Positions 1 through 14,029 of a stretch of 64,000 nt of DNA are shown here, piece after piece (the stretch's first letter is position 1; each line of letters opens with the position of its first letter). Made by a program: the position numbers and the translations under genes. Origin of the DNA: Chrysomallon squamiferum (taxonomy: Eukaryota > Animalia > Mollusca); contig CM022667.1 in NCBI GenBank assembly GCA_012295275.1, positions 682,001 to 746,000 on the forward strand, in the 5' to 3' direction. Under the pieces are notes generated by a model that was given only the letters and a program-made list of their open reading frames with translations, had not been told where the DNA came from and did no database searches.

Positions 1-90
1 ATTCTCGTGTTTTTGTTGGTCATCTGCCTTCTGATCGTATAACCAATGAGGAATTTCAGCATCATTTTAGCAGATATGGAAAGATTCTAG
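1..90 (+). CDS. NCOA5: NCOA5-like exon (partial), RRM RNP2 half
   Basis: SRVFVGHLPSDRITNEEFQHHFSRYGKIL, donor G|gtaaca, phase 1. Confidence 0.85.
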
Positions 91-3000
91 GTAACATGTT
101 CACAGTTTGAATGTATATATATATATTTATTATGTAATATATTTCTTAATAGTTTTTATTTTATTTTTAATATTGTATTTTTTATTTTTGTTTTGCATTT
201 TAATAAGTAATTATATATATATATATATATATATAAAACCTGAAAAGTTAAACCAGAATTTAGGTTTAGATAATGAACTGATCATATTTTAGAATTGCGC
301 TGCATGCACTGATGCCATTATTTATTTATGCATTAGATTTTCTAACAACTTTTAACATTTAATAAATTAAAAAGTTTATAATTTTTACACTCCAATACAT
401 TAGACTGAAGACAAAGCGACACTATTTTTATATGCCAGAATTATTGAAATAACTAATCTTCTTTCCTCAGTCACTAGTAATTAACTTAACAGCATTACAT
501 TTGTTTTTCTTTAAATGAAATGAACTTTTTTCATTTTAAAACACTATACCATTGGACATTTTGCAATCTGTATAAAGCACAATTATTACTAAAAACACAA
601 TCAAATGTAACTGCATATTTTGATCTTTTTGAAATTTTTATTTTCTAGACAGTGTTGTCCATTATAAAGGTTATGGATTTGTTCAATTTTCAAATGAGCA
701 AGATGCACTGAGAGCAGTTGCTATGGAAAAGTCTGCTTTATTGAAAGGCAATGTGATTGGTATGTACGGAAAACACGTTTTATTCTTCTCTTTCGCTTGT
801 ATGATCCACTCTGTTTCGCTTACGTATTTAACAACTCAGGGTGTGCATTTTCATCACATGAACTTACTTTGTAGTTGCAGTTTAAAAAAAAAAAAAAATT
901 AATTAAAAGAAAAAAGAAGAGGAGTTTGTGAGTAAGAAAACAGTACTAACCATTTAAACTTTGTAGAATTATTAAAAACCACCTGATGATAAAGTAAATA
1001 TTTATTCATGAAACCAGAAAATATGCTCCAAATGTCTACATCTATTAAATGGATGTATAAAATTTGAAATGACTACTGTTACAGTAAACATTGGCAAATG
1101 TTATTAAGTATTATGTGCAAGGTTTTGAATCGAGGAAACATTTATATTTGATCTTTCTAACCAGATAGTTTTTGTTTTAATTTCATTATAAACGTATTAT
1201 ACTTCACCATCAGTTTCAACAAAAGTTTCAAATCAGAAATGTCACATTTTGTTCACCTTGCATAAAATTGTTATTAACCAGAATGACAGTTCCTTAATAA
1301 CCAATTCATTGAGCTTTATTTTAGTTTTCTGCACATAAAAGAAACCAAAAAAAGTTACATTCTGCTGTAACACAAATTTTTTTTTTAATAATAATAACAT
1401 AAAATGTTAAAATTTTTACATACAGTTTATATTGTATGGTAGGTTTCTGAAACATTTTATTTTGAAAATTAATTTGTGTTTATGTTGGGTAACTTAGATA
1501 CTAAAAACAAATTTTAAAAATCAACATTGAGCATAAGGCTGCGTACAACTATTATATGGAATCCTGATGTCATATATCTGAATTACAGTAACCAAGAAGC
1601 AATAATATGCATGTATATTCATACAGAACAACCTTTTTTTTTCGAGAAGTAGACTGAACCACTATCAAATGTTATTTTTTTCATACATGAAATTGGATGT
1701 GCCAGTCAGAAAGTCCTAACTGGTATAGAAGTTACATTCATTGTCATTTTATAAATGCAAAATAATTTCAGAATAATCTGCCAAACAAATCTTTGCTTAA
1801 TTGAATGTTCTTTTGTTTAATTGGTGTGCAGATAATTGTATTCTGTTCTCTAGCTGGAATTGGACAGTGCCTGTATTTATACATGATTAAACCAAATCAG
1901 TAAATGAGTGTTCAAATAACTATATATGGTGGTTTTCTTATTCATCGCTGTTTGGTTTTATAATTTAATAACAGTAACAGCCATTAAAAATCTTGTTTGA
2001 AATTGTGCCAAACATAATAAATACTACTTTGAAGTTTTATAACACAGCATAGTTTAACAATAAAATGTCTTTTCAAGCACCTTTCTTTCCCCTGCCTTCT
2101 CATTGGTAGGAATAATGCTATATATTTTAAACATTTTTTGACTGACCATAATCATGAAAGAAGACCAAAATTAAATATTTTTTAACTAGTTATATTGATT
2201 TGATTGTTTCTTAACAACATATAATTTACCTATTTCAATACTTTTTTAAGATTCTGCATGCAGAACGTGAAAAGATGATTATGCAAGCGAGTTACATTTG
2301 TTCTGAAATTAGTGGTGGTACTACAGCAATGGCCTGCATTTTAGATTTCCACTTCATTTAAAAAAAAATTGCATTTTGTTTTTGCATTTTAAGCTCAGTT
2401 ATTTTTAATTTTTTAATTTTGTGAAAACTGAAGAGTTTTGATGATTTTGAATTTCAAGATACTTTACAGGTAACAATAAAAGTTGTAAAATATTTTAATT
2501 TTACAAAAGATAGTTCTCTATATTTCATAAAATCTGTTGGTAAATTAATTCAGTATGAAATTTCCTTATGTATTTGTATGTGTAAATCACACCTAACTTT
2601 TTAATTTCAGTGCATAGAAGAAGGAAAAATCGAATGAAATATGTAGCATCTATGTGTACATGCTTATGTATATTCATAGAGACATACACACACACACACA
2701 CATATATATAATATATGTTGTGTGTTTGTGTATGTATTTATTTTACAATAATATTTTCTATCATAGCTTGATAGCATTCAGTTAATATAGGCAACATTTA
2801 TTTGTAAAGCTGTTTGTAAAAAAAAAAATTAAAATAAAGCCTTATTCAGGTACTGCTGTTTGTTTTTTGTTTTTACATTTATTTCTGATATGTATTTACT
2901 TAGTGTAATAATTTATAAAATGACCTTTGTTATTGTTTTTGTAAGATTGCTAGCTTGAAAATCTGAAATTTTTATGCCCATATAGGTGAAAGTTGATACA

Positions 3001-3370
3001 TATAGAAATATTTAAATTTAAACCTTGAATTATTTTAGAGTTTTGACTTGAATTTATTTTTATAAAATGATAATTAATTTCTGTTTCAGTGATAGTTCTG
3101 GCCAAACTGGGTTTTGTTTTTATTTTTTGTTTGTTTTAGAAGCCCCATCAGTAAACTGTTCTGTGTTTACTCATCTGTATACATAACATTTACAGATAAT
3201 CGTGTCAAATAAAAAATTACTATAGTAATTAAAACAGGCTAGATTTATGAATGTAAATTGCTTTTGTTAAATATGTAATAAAAGCATGTTGGATTATGAC
3301 TGACTTTTTTTTTTAGCTATGTAAATATGACAAATGCAAATAGAATAACATTGTACATGAATTATATTTA

Positions 3371-3404
<34 letters not shown>

Positions 3405-4017
3405 ACAGTGTGTAAATTGTTAAAAAGTGAACAGCTGTATTTTACAGCAGTTGCAAAAATCAATGTATGTCTTACAAATGCTATATGGATATAATGTTTA
3501 ATGGCTTTATTTATTATAATTTCTTTCATTCTTCTTTTTATTTATTTTTATTTATTAAACTATATAATTCACATTGTATTATTGTTTGTTATAATAATGT
3601 TTTTTTTTTCGTTGTGTTTTTGACTGAGAAAAATGTTCAACTACAATCCATCTTCCATGTTTATTTAATATATTAAAAGTATTTTAGCATTCCATTTTTA
3701 AACAGTTTTGATGAAATAGCCAATTATTTATATTAGAATGTATCCCTAACAAATACATCCATATTTTAAATCGATTGTAGATCATATTGTCCAGTAGTAA
3801 ATTTTAGAATATGGACAGTTTTCTCAGCTATCAATTGTCCATAATTTTGAACAAGTTAATATCGTGGCCATTTTATACTTAACTTGTTTCCATAACTGTG
3901 GACAGTCTTTGATATAGACATTTTCCATTTCTAGTGCCCATAATATTTGAAATACTGAAATAAACACATTTATTTACTTTTATTCTTATGTTAATTGTGC
4001 AGATGCTTTGTATATAT

Positions 4018-4048
<31 letters not shown>

Positions 4049-7000
4049 GATGTGTACACATTATGGTACAAAAAAACTATTTCGAAAAATATTCTTTGAC
4101 CGTTAAGTTACTCTCTCCGACTCCAATGGCCTGTTAACTACAAATTATGACAAATGAAATAATAATAGAAAAACATTTGAATGCTGCCACTACACCCCTT
4201 CTCAACTAAAGTGATGACATCTTCACAATAATGGTATAGTATTAGCTGTATCAGACAGCACTAGAATAAACCAGTTCTGTCCTGAAGGAAATGATGTCAC
4301 AACTTCAGAAAAAATGGCAGCACTCAGATATATTTTAACTATATTCTTTTGCTGTTGCATTTTGTCGTTATTTAAAATTTCAAGGCAAAAAAATAAAATA
4401 AACCATTGCCTGCATATATGCCAAATATACATTTTTATTTTATTGTATCGCCGAAGGTATATTTTAATCGTGATATTGATAGAACTATGGATACAGCAAC
4501 GATGACAACAACGTACGAAAATAATTTTAAACGTGGACAGTTCAGGAATATTTTTGTTTTGGTTGTAGATGTAAAAATGGCAGCAGAAGGACGACGTGAC
4601 AGGCGTGACGTCCCTCCCCAAGTCCGAGACAGACGCACATCTCCACCATTTGAGCAGGGACCATCAGCTGGGTTAGTAATTTCATAACCTTTCCCAAAAA
4701 TATTTTATAATTGTTAGGGTTTGCTTGATGACTAGCATCAAAGAGGGTTTTTTACTTTTCCATATTTTTTTATTATTTTTTTTATTACTTCTGGTAAATG
4801 TTTGTGATTAAATTACTTGCAAGAGAAAAACTAGTTTGAATATTAGCAATATAATTGAATGATAAAAGTAAATAAATTGCGTTTCAGTTCATTTTGTAAG
4901 ATTGAATGTCAATTTTTTGAAGGTTATAGATATATCTCTGATTGTTTTTCTTATTTAGTTTATAAATATGTAATGCATTCTTAAATTATATTTCCTCTTT
5001 TAGAACTTTCTTCTGAAAGGAAGAACTCAGTCTTCATGAATCACTATTAATTTATTTACAATATTTTTCTTTATTAATTTTATTTTTCATTTTTTATTTT
5101 TTCAGTTTTTTTCTTTGTTTGATATCTAAATTTTTAAGACACATTTTATTTTTTTTTTTTTTACCAAATGTTAATAATATTTTGATATAATCTAAATGTT
5201 AGTATGTAAATTTACAGGTATCACCCACCATCAGCTCTCGCAGCTCGAGATCGCTCGCCTATCAGAGATCCATACCATGAGAGATTCCGAGACCCGTACA
5301 GAGATGGAAGATACCCAGCAAGAGACCCGCTGGGATCCAGACTGCCAAGAGATGCGTTGATTCCACCACGAAGGTAACTTCCTTGCTAATGTGTGGGGAA
5401 AAAAAATAGGCCTCATTAGATGAAGTAAATCGAGGTGTGTGTGTGTGTGTGTGTGTTAGAGAGAGTGTGTGTGTGGGTGGGTGCATGTGGGTTAGAGAGA
5501 GGAAAAAAAAAAAGACATGATGAAAACAAATAGAAAAGGAGAGACTTGGTTGGAGAGAGAGATATATATATATATTCCTTGCTGCTAATTAATCTTTGAA
5601 ATTGGACACAACTAGCACATATTAACCTGTACAATGTTTATAAACAATCCTTCATTTTTCACACAAAACTGCTGGTTGTAGAATATACCAATTTCATTGT
5701 TGAAATAAAACAAATAATTAAAATGTGTTGCAGATTATTAAATATTTCTTTCCTTTTATTACAAGTTTGTTTTTAAGTTTAACAGCATAACCATTAATTG
5801 ATTTAAAACTACATTCATTTATTAAGAGATGACCCATTCTTTGATGAGCCATACAGAAGGCCAGTGTTAGCTGATCCTTACTACGATCGCTTCAGAGATG
5901 ACCCTTACAGGTGAGCACAGCAAGCAAGGAAGTATTCAGTAACAATAACTGCTGTTTACAAATTGGTAATTATAATTATATGTTAAATAATAAATTGTTA
6001 TTAGCAACTTTATTACTATCACAGGTTAGTGAAAAGAGTAATATTTCTGACAGTTTCTATTTGACATTTACATAACTGATGCTTTTTGTTAGTCATTTTT
6101 TTTATTATTATTTTTTTTGTTATTTGGAACCTAATAAAATGCTAAAGTTTACTGTGAAAATGAAATTTAAATTAATCACATGCTGGCAGTTTTTATATTT
6201 TTGAGTTCATTTTAAAGATACTTTATTCAGGGAGTTTAGAACCCAGCTGTAAATGTTCAGTAGGCTAAGCTTGGCTGTGAAAGATTTGCAGTTTAGGAGT
6301 TACCTGTTATTTAATTCTTTTTTTTACCTGCTTACAGACGTGATCCTTTTGTTGACCCATACGTTCGAGATCCATATTCATCAACTTACAGAGAACCAGT
6401 GAGTCGTGTACCACTAAAGATGGAATGCATGATTGTTTTGATGAACACAAGCTTGAGGTAACTGTTTCACCCAAACACCTGGATGTATGCATGTACCCAC
6501 ATGCACCTGCACCCACCAATATAACAACAGAAAAATGATCAAGTTAAAGAAGCTCTAAATCAAAGAATGTTTACTCTTTTTAAAAAATTTAATTTTTAAT
6601 TTTTTTTTTTATCTTTGTTAAAAAAGATACAATTGAAATTCACAGACTTGTTTCAGATTTTCACTTTTTAATCTTTCTGTGTTAAAACAGAGACTATGGA
6701 ATTTCTATAGAACTGCGGCTGAAAAAGTTTGGCATCATAACGGACATCTGCGTGATTCCTGAGGACCGCACGCTGCAGCAGCAGATTGAAGACGTGTCTC
6801 GGCGAGGTGGCATCTTCGCCGTCATCGTCAACAGCCAGAACGAGGTGCACCAGTCCATAACCGTGAACATCCTCCACGGAACGCCACAGGGTAAGTGTTT
6901 CATCTGTTTTGATGTGCAGCTCACTAAAGTTTTAGTTTCACAACAGTCACTCACAGTTCTTCCTCTGCTCTCTCTCTCTCTGTCTACCTGCAGATGAAGA

Positions 7001-10000
7001 CCAGAGCAAGAAGGAAAAAAAAAGCTCTGTTTCAGCTCAGACTTTGTTCAAAACAGGCAGATGATCTTGTCTTCTGCTGGATGATTAAAACATCCTCATT
7101 CAGTGAGGTTATGTGTGTCAGTAATGTTGTCCCCATTTTTTTTTTTTTTTTTTTTTTTTTTTGTAACCAAAACGAAAGGAATTGATGCTGATTTTACAGC
7201 ATAACGGTTTTTGTTTGCAAATGAGATAATTAACGTTTATTCTCATTTGTTATGCTATTTCATATTATTTTCATACAAAAACATTCCTGTGTTAATAAAT
7301 GCTGATAAAACAGCAACCATTCCACAAAAGCTTATCAGAGTTTTTAATCACATAAGTAATTTATGGTGTCACTGGTTTTCCTGCCATCGTTTTTGAACCA
7401 CATCACATGTACACCATTCACTTTAGTACTTTAAACAAGCAGATTACTGGACACAGGAATGAGTGAAAGAAATGCAAATAAAATTAATTCATCAGCTGTT
7501 TCACTATTCAGAGTCTGTTTTCATTATGTAGATGTTTTTGTTTCTGTAGCTGTTCCTGAGCTTTACTGATTGTTGGCATTAACATAAATTTGCTGTACTT
7601 CAATTTTTGTTTTTATATACTATGAAAGCAAACGTTTGCACTGTAGCAGTAAAATAAAAGAAACAAATAAAGAAAAACAGTCTTACATTTGCATTTAACT
7701 GTTAGTTATATGCAAATATATTTATAAATGTGTTTTCTGATGCTAAAATATTATTTTTTAATTTTTTGACATCCATGCTGATTGTTACCAAGAAGCTGCT
7801 GAACACATTTTTGCATTTTATGAAGATTCGCACCCTTAAATGCCAGAAAGAATAAAATTAAATCGAGCTAACCTGCAGAATAAAACAAACCGAACAGAGC
7901 CATGCTAAGCCAGAACGAGATGAATTGAGCCAGATTAGTTCATTTGTCTAAAAAGAAAACATGGCCTCCGCTATAATGCTGTAAATAATAAAACATAAAA
8001 ACTAAATTAAACTATGTTAATAGAAATTGCCGGGTTTTTAAAAATATTTTATTATTTTTTATTTTATTTTAGAAGAAATAAAAATTCAGTTTTTCACTTA
8101 TGTTCCAAACTTCTAATATATTCATGGACAGCATGAAAATGTTCCAACTGATTATATTAAAACCACAAGAGAGTGTCATCACTTTAATTAATGTCTTTAT
8201 TTGGGTAAGAACATCCATAAATTGCTGTTTATGAAGACGGCAAGTGTTGTAAGAAAATTTCATTTATCCAAAATATTGGAATAAAAAGTACGATGTAAGT
8301 ATTGTAGCATTTAAATCACCATGCTTTAAACAGTAACACAATTGTGTTATGTAAGTTTAAATAGACACAAAACTTTAAATTCATTCAGTTTATTAATGTT
8401 ATTTTGGCCTACCTGAAACAGGTGTGAGTGACACCATGAAACATCATAGCTACTGGCAACAGTTTATTGATTTGTAGAGAAAATACAGGTAGATTATTCA
8501 GGAAAGGCATTTAACCTTCAAGGTAAACACTGGATATAATAGCCAAGCCAGAAAAATTAGCATAATTTTATCATTGACCTCAAAGGTAAATTACATGCTA
8601 AACATTTTTATTTAAATGCTTTTATTGTCAGTTTGGTAAAAGATTACTTAATAAATGATGTAAATGAAATTAGTTTAGTATTTTTTATTAGAAAATAATA
8701 GCAGTGAAAATATATGGTATGTAAATTTGTAATTTAATATAAATAAATTATTAAATTGTTATTATGAATGCAAATACTTTTGTTTTGCATTCAAAGACAA
8801 TATTTAAATTGAACAACAAAATCCATCTTACTTTATTTATGCAGTTGTCAATTTTATTCCATCGCATAACAAGAATAAGTCTAAAGTGAATTTTAGAGTG
8901 AATTTCTACCTCATTAATATAAAAAAAATAATAATGAAAACAAGCATATTTTACAGGGTTTTTAAAAAAGCATGTTATCATATTTGGTTTTCTGTTTTAT
9001 TTTTAAATGCTCATTGTTGCATGAATGAATAAACAATTTTATTTCATGTTGTGGGATTTTATTTCAAGTTAATCCTCACTTACATAAAATGCTGTGTTCT
9101 ATTTAATCTTTTCTGATCATAAAATAATAAACTCATGTTGATGCCTGGAGCCTAACAAATTTAAACCGATAATTGAAATATTTAAAATTAAGGTGACAAA
9201 TTTGTATAAAAAAAAATCATAATAATAATAAAAGTAAATAAATAATGAAAATAAAATAAAAATAAAAATATAACAATGAATGCTGCACAGTAAACCAAAT
9301 TCTGCAGACTTTGGATTCTCTTCTTTTTTGTTACATCCTGCTTTTTCCTTAGCGTATTTGCAGGATTGGAAATTTTCACCAAATAAATCTTTTTGTGAAA
9401 TAATCTCTGTGTTTTACTTTTTTTTTTTTTGTGTGTCTTTTTTTTTTTTTTTTTTTATCATTTGATTTGTTGTTTTTCTTTCTAATTTTACCATTCCACA
9501 AACAGAACATCGGAACATGCCTTTTGAAGATGCATTGACCCTTATAAGTACCAGCTTTAAAAAATACCTTCAAAGCATGCGGGAAAAAGACGTCGCAGCA
9601 GTGCCACTGGTTGACAAGGAAATGGCGCCAGCGTCGCTAACAAAGGCATTTATTCCGCCTCCTAAAGACGTTTCCTATTTGTTAAATTTGCTGGCCGATA
9701 ATCGTCAGCTGACGGTGGAGGAGCTGGACAAAGTTATCTTTTATTTGCGTGAGAGACGAGACAAGATTCTTGAACGAGAAGGCCACCCAAAACTGGCGAC
9801 AGACAGTAAGTTGAATTAGTTTTGTCTGTCTCTTTAATCCTTTCTCTTCTTTGTTTCTAAATACATCATTTTTTAAAATAATAAATTAATTTGTAAGTAT
9901 CCACCTACCTTGATAAGTTGGTTCTTTTTTTTTTTTTTCATTAATCTTTAATTTTATTCGTTTTTGAATAAATTTTGTGAAATTACAAAATTAATTTATA

Positions 10001-11419
10001 AATATCCACAGACCTTGAAAAGTTAGTTTATTTTTTTTTTTTTATTGATCTTTATTTTTATTTGTTAGTGAATATAAATTATATAAAAGTAAAAATTTTT
10101 TTTTTTGTAAAAGTTAAAATGCAGCAAAATTGACTGATTGATGTTATTATAATGTTACACACTAATACAGTAAAGAAAAATCATTTTGTTTATTTTGTTG
10201 GCACCAAAATACCTGAACAAATTTATTTCATAAACAACCATTATTTATAGAAATTATAGTTTTGTTTATCTTTAAAAAACCAGAACAAAACAAAACAAAA
10301 CAGAAAGATAAATGTAAACTTTAAATATTCGATTTTAAATATAAACCACTGTTTATAAAATACATTTAAACAAAATTTAAAAATCAGAAGAATAAATATG
10401 TTTTATACAAAACATAAACATGGTTTCAAGTGCATATTTATATATTATTTATCCTTGTCAAATATTCAGTGACATTTTTATATGTAAAAAAAATTAGCCT
10501 TATTTTAAACTGTGTCAATGAATTAATGAAATTTTAAAATAAAAATCATAAAGGTAACAAATTAAACACGTTGCTTAAAAAATCAATTCTGAATTGAATC
10601 TATTGCTGTGAAATTTAACATTGCTTGTCTATCTTGATAAAATATAAATGATAATATATACATTATATTTGTTTCTAAATGTAAATTATTGATAGATTTA
10701 AAACAAGAAATATTTTTGATATCAAAAACCACCTTGTCTGTAATAGAATGTATTAATATAAACATTAAATATTTTTTTTAAAGATACATTTGGCTGCAGG
10801 TAACATAACTTTTCAATTCTTTCATTTAAAAATTGAAGTCTCAAAAGTAAAGTGTAGTCGTTATTCTAATAACGTGTACTGGATCATGTCCCATTAATCA
10901 AAATTTTATTTTATTATTCCATGATTATTATTATTATTTTTTTTTTTAATGAAACGTACAATTTTTATGTCCACAGCTCTCTCAGCCTACGGAGAATCGA
11001 GACCCGACAACTCAGCTCTGCAACACCAAGAACTACAGAGTAAGATTCTCGGTATGTTGAATCAAAACGGAACAGGGGGGGTCTCATCGTCCAGTGTTCA
11101 AACACCCCAGCCAGTCACCGGACTGGCCCCTGCAGCCATACAGCAGCCACCAGCAACCCAGTCGAGCTCAGCACTCATTAACTTTGACAATCCCAGCGTT
11201 CAGAAAGCGTTGGACAACTTAATTCAGAATGGCCCAAACTTGCTCCGCAACATTACTGGAGTGAGCCAGAGCCAGCAGCCCATTAGTACCAGTTCCCCGT
11301 CGGTCATGGCCTCGCCCCATTCTGTTGGTGGCTTAGCCCCTAGTTACAATCAGATGTATGGCACACCTTCATCTAGACCTAGTCTGCTGCAGAATCCAGA
11401 AGGCATGCCGCGTTACTGA
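1..11419 (+). CDS. NCOA5: Nuclear receptor coactivator 5 / Neosin-like gene, 5'-truncated. Exons 1-90, 649-759, 4569-4671, 5218-5373, 5827-5910, 6338-6457, 6691-6890, 9506-9805, 10977-11419
   Basis: All introns are GT-AG and phases join into one frame. The translation has an RRM (RVFVGHL; KGYGFVQF), RDPY/RDRSP repeats, and NCOA5-type motifs recognised from memory of the family: TVNILHGTPQEHRNMP, LLNLLADNRQLTVEELDKVIFYLRERR, INFDNPSVQKALDNLIQNG. Confidence 0.92.
649..759 (+). CDS. NCOA5: NCOA5-like exon, RRM RNP1 half
   Basis: ttttctag| DSVVHYKGYGFVQFSNEQDALRAVAMEKSALLKGNVI |gtatgt. Confidence 0.88.
4569..4671 (+). CDS. NCOA5: NCOA5-like exon
   Basis: ttgtag| DVKMAAEGRRDRRDVPPQVRDRRTSPP... 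|gttagt; phase 1 to 2. Confidence 0.8.
5218..5373 (+). CDS. NCOA5: NCOA5-like exon, R/D-rich
   Basis: tttacag| YHPPSALAARDRSPIRDPYHERFRDPYRDGRY... |gtaact; 156 nt, phase 2-2. Confidence 0.85.
5827..5910 (+). CDS. NCOA5: NCOA5-like exon, R/D-rich
   Basis: DDPFFDEPYRRPVLADPYYDRFRDDPY |gtgagc; 84 nt, phase 2-2. Confidence 0.82.
6338..6457 (+). CDS. NCOA5: NCOA5-like exon
   Basis: cttacag| RDPFVDPYVRDPYSSTYREPVSRVPLKMECMIVLMNTSL |gtaact; 120 nt. Confidence 0.82.
6691..6890 (+). CDS. NCOA5: NCOA5-like exon, conserved core
   Basis: DYGISIELRLKKFGIITDICVIPEDRTLQQQIEDVSRRGGIFAVIVNSQNEVHQSITVNILHGTPQ |gtaagt. Confidence 0.92.
9506..9805 (+). CDS. NCOA5: NCOA5-like exon
   Basis: aacag| EHRNMPFEDAL...LLNLLADNRQLTVEELDKVIFYLRERR... 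|gtaagt; 300 nt. Confidence 0.92.
10977..11419 (+). CDS. NCOA5: NCOA5-like last coding exon
   Basis: ccacag| ...QELQSKILGMLN...INFDNPSVQKALDNLIQNG...MPRY then TGA. Confidence 0.9.
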
Positions 11420-14029
11420 TTTGAAAAGCTTATTTGTGTTTGAAAAATCAAAAGCTGGGCTAGGTGGCATTGTGATAAGAAAAGAAAAAGAAAAGATGAA
11501 AAAAAAAAAGGGATTTTGTGGCAGAATTATTCTGCTAAAAGTGATGAGTGACTCAGCAGCAGAAGAACTGAGACTGAAAGGTTTCGATTTTTCTGTCAAG
11601 AGGGAGCAAGCTGTCTGGGAAAAAGCTTGAGGGTTAGGCAAGATGGGTTTTTTAATGATTGTAATTTTAAGAAGTCAGTTGATCTTGATGAACAATAGTT
11701 AACTAAACTATTTATTTTTATAATAAAAATAGGGGAAATGAAAACTCTTTTTTATTCATTTTATTTTTTAATTATCCTAATAAAAATAATTTAAAAATCA
11801 CAACATCTCCTTATGTTTAATTTCTGGAGTCCAAGAAAGATAAAATTCCACTGGTGCCACATCTTGATGACACATTTCTTTTTAATTTGAGAATTAAACT
11901 GTAACTCACAGGAGACCATTTTTACATCAGCTGCAGAAAATGTTCTCATTAGTTAACACATTGAGCTATTTCCCATTCTAACATGACCTCCATATTTGCG
12001 TGTGTTCTTTTTATTTTTTTTTGTCATACTGGAAAGTGAATTTAAAGATCACTGGTGATAAAGCTGTAAGTTCAGAGAGTCTTACAGAAAATTAACATTT
12101 TTTTTTTTATCATAACAAAATGCACAAACTGAAAATGGAGTTTAAATGATGGACATTAACTAAAACAGCAGGACACATTCATTAAATCTACATCAACAGT
12201 GACAGCTGAGTTAGTCATCATGTTCAGTTAACATCCCAGATCTACAGTGTATATTAAACATGCTTTAATTTGACAGGTTTGTTACATATGCATATCATCA
12301 CACATTGAGGCTTTCAGTTAACCTTGGGTCATGAGTGTATCTAAATTCAGTATATTTCTGTTCATCACATTTATTTGTAAGTGAAACAACTCAGGTTCTG
12401 AAATCAAATGTCCTAAGTGTAAAAAACCTCCTCCCATTACAGACAGTGCTTCACGGTCTGAATATCAAAGAATGTAGTTTTCCTGTCTGTGGGAGGGTAC
12501 AAAGATCTCTTGTTGCTGTTGTTTGATAGAAATAGCCCATACTGTGATAACAGACAGGTTTTTCTTTTCCATTCTTTCATCATAACATGACATGCCATCT
12601 AGAAACAGGTCTTGTTAAAAGAAAAATGTTCTTATTTTATTTTCTACCACTACTGATGCAGTTTAAAGAAGGAGATGTCAACTTTCTTCTACACTGTTGG
12701 CGAGAGGGTAGTTACTGTTAATGAACGAAGGCAAGAATGGTAATAAAGCGTAACGAATTGTGGGAAATATTTATTGTATTTATTTAATGCTGTGTTTTGG
12801 GATATGCTGGCAAGCAAAGTTGCAGGTTTTGTCAGTTCATGGTTTACGGTTTGTTTTACAGATACCGCAAGTACGGATTTTGTTTCAGTTACATTATTGC
12901 ACTGTTTGAACTGAAATTAGATGAGATTTTACGATGGTTAAATAAATACAGATTAGTACAATGAATAAATTACGATTCTTCAAAGAAATGTTTAAATATA
13001 TTGTATGTAAACTGATTAAAAAAAAAAAAAAAAAAAATGAAAAAGAATGTATAGGGTTTTTTTTTTTTCAATAACTGCTTTCAAATAGAATATCTCACAA
13101 TGTTTTTTGCCATAGAGAAATCTGATTTAGTCAGTAAATTAATTATGGAAATGTACCAATAGATAAATTATGGAAATAAACATTTACATTTTTACGTTAT
13201 GTATAATTATAAATAATCATGGTGTTTGTTTATTTTTTTTCCCTTCTAGATGATTTATGGTTAGAAAATATTGTGTTATGGAGAGAAAAGTGTTGTAGGT
13301 AAAGGCACATATTTACATATGCACTTTGGTAACTTATTATTAAAATAATATGTCATTTTGGTGTTGCTTTATTTTAAAACTTCTGTTGTGGATGATGCAC
13401 TGTCTTTATCTCACAACTTAAGAGATCATTCTGCTCTGAATATATTAATTTTATTTTTCTTTCTTTTTTTTTCCCTTCTTTTCTTTTCTTTTTCTTTATT
13501 TTTTCTTTCTTTTTTTTCTTTTTTGTAATAGTTGGCTTATCTTAGAATCAGTCAGTTCTAGGAACAGTTGTCTTTATGCCACTCATTGAGCTTTTTCCAA
13601 TTCCAACTAGTCCCAAAACCTGGTGTATTGAGATTATTGTATAAAAGTTACAGGAAACTGCTTATTAATAACCCCCTTAAGAATAGTTCATGTAAGTAAC
13701 AGTAATATGGCAGCATCATGTTTCCTTCTTGTAATTAAAATATTATACAGGCATATAGCATTTATCTGAGTTGTTCATAATATTTGTGCTTGCATGTACA
13801 TAGTATGAAAATTTCATTTCACTTTCATCATGGCTGAATTCTTTTTTATATTTGTTTTAATTTTACTTTGATTTTTTTTTTGATTTTTTTTTTTTTTTTT
13901 GATTTCTGTTTGCAAAATAAAAACTAGTATTGTGATTTTATATGTCAAGATAATTTCAAGATGTTTGAAATTGTGCAGAATGCAGTGTTTTAATTAGTCC
14001 ATTCTGTTTTCAGTGTTTATAATTCTCAA

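Noticed and set aside
4223-4638. Minus-strand ORFs overlapping NCOA5 exon 3
   Set aside because: Antisense or intronic, low-complexity, no motifs.
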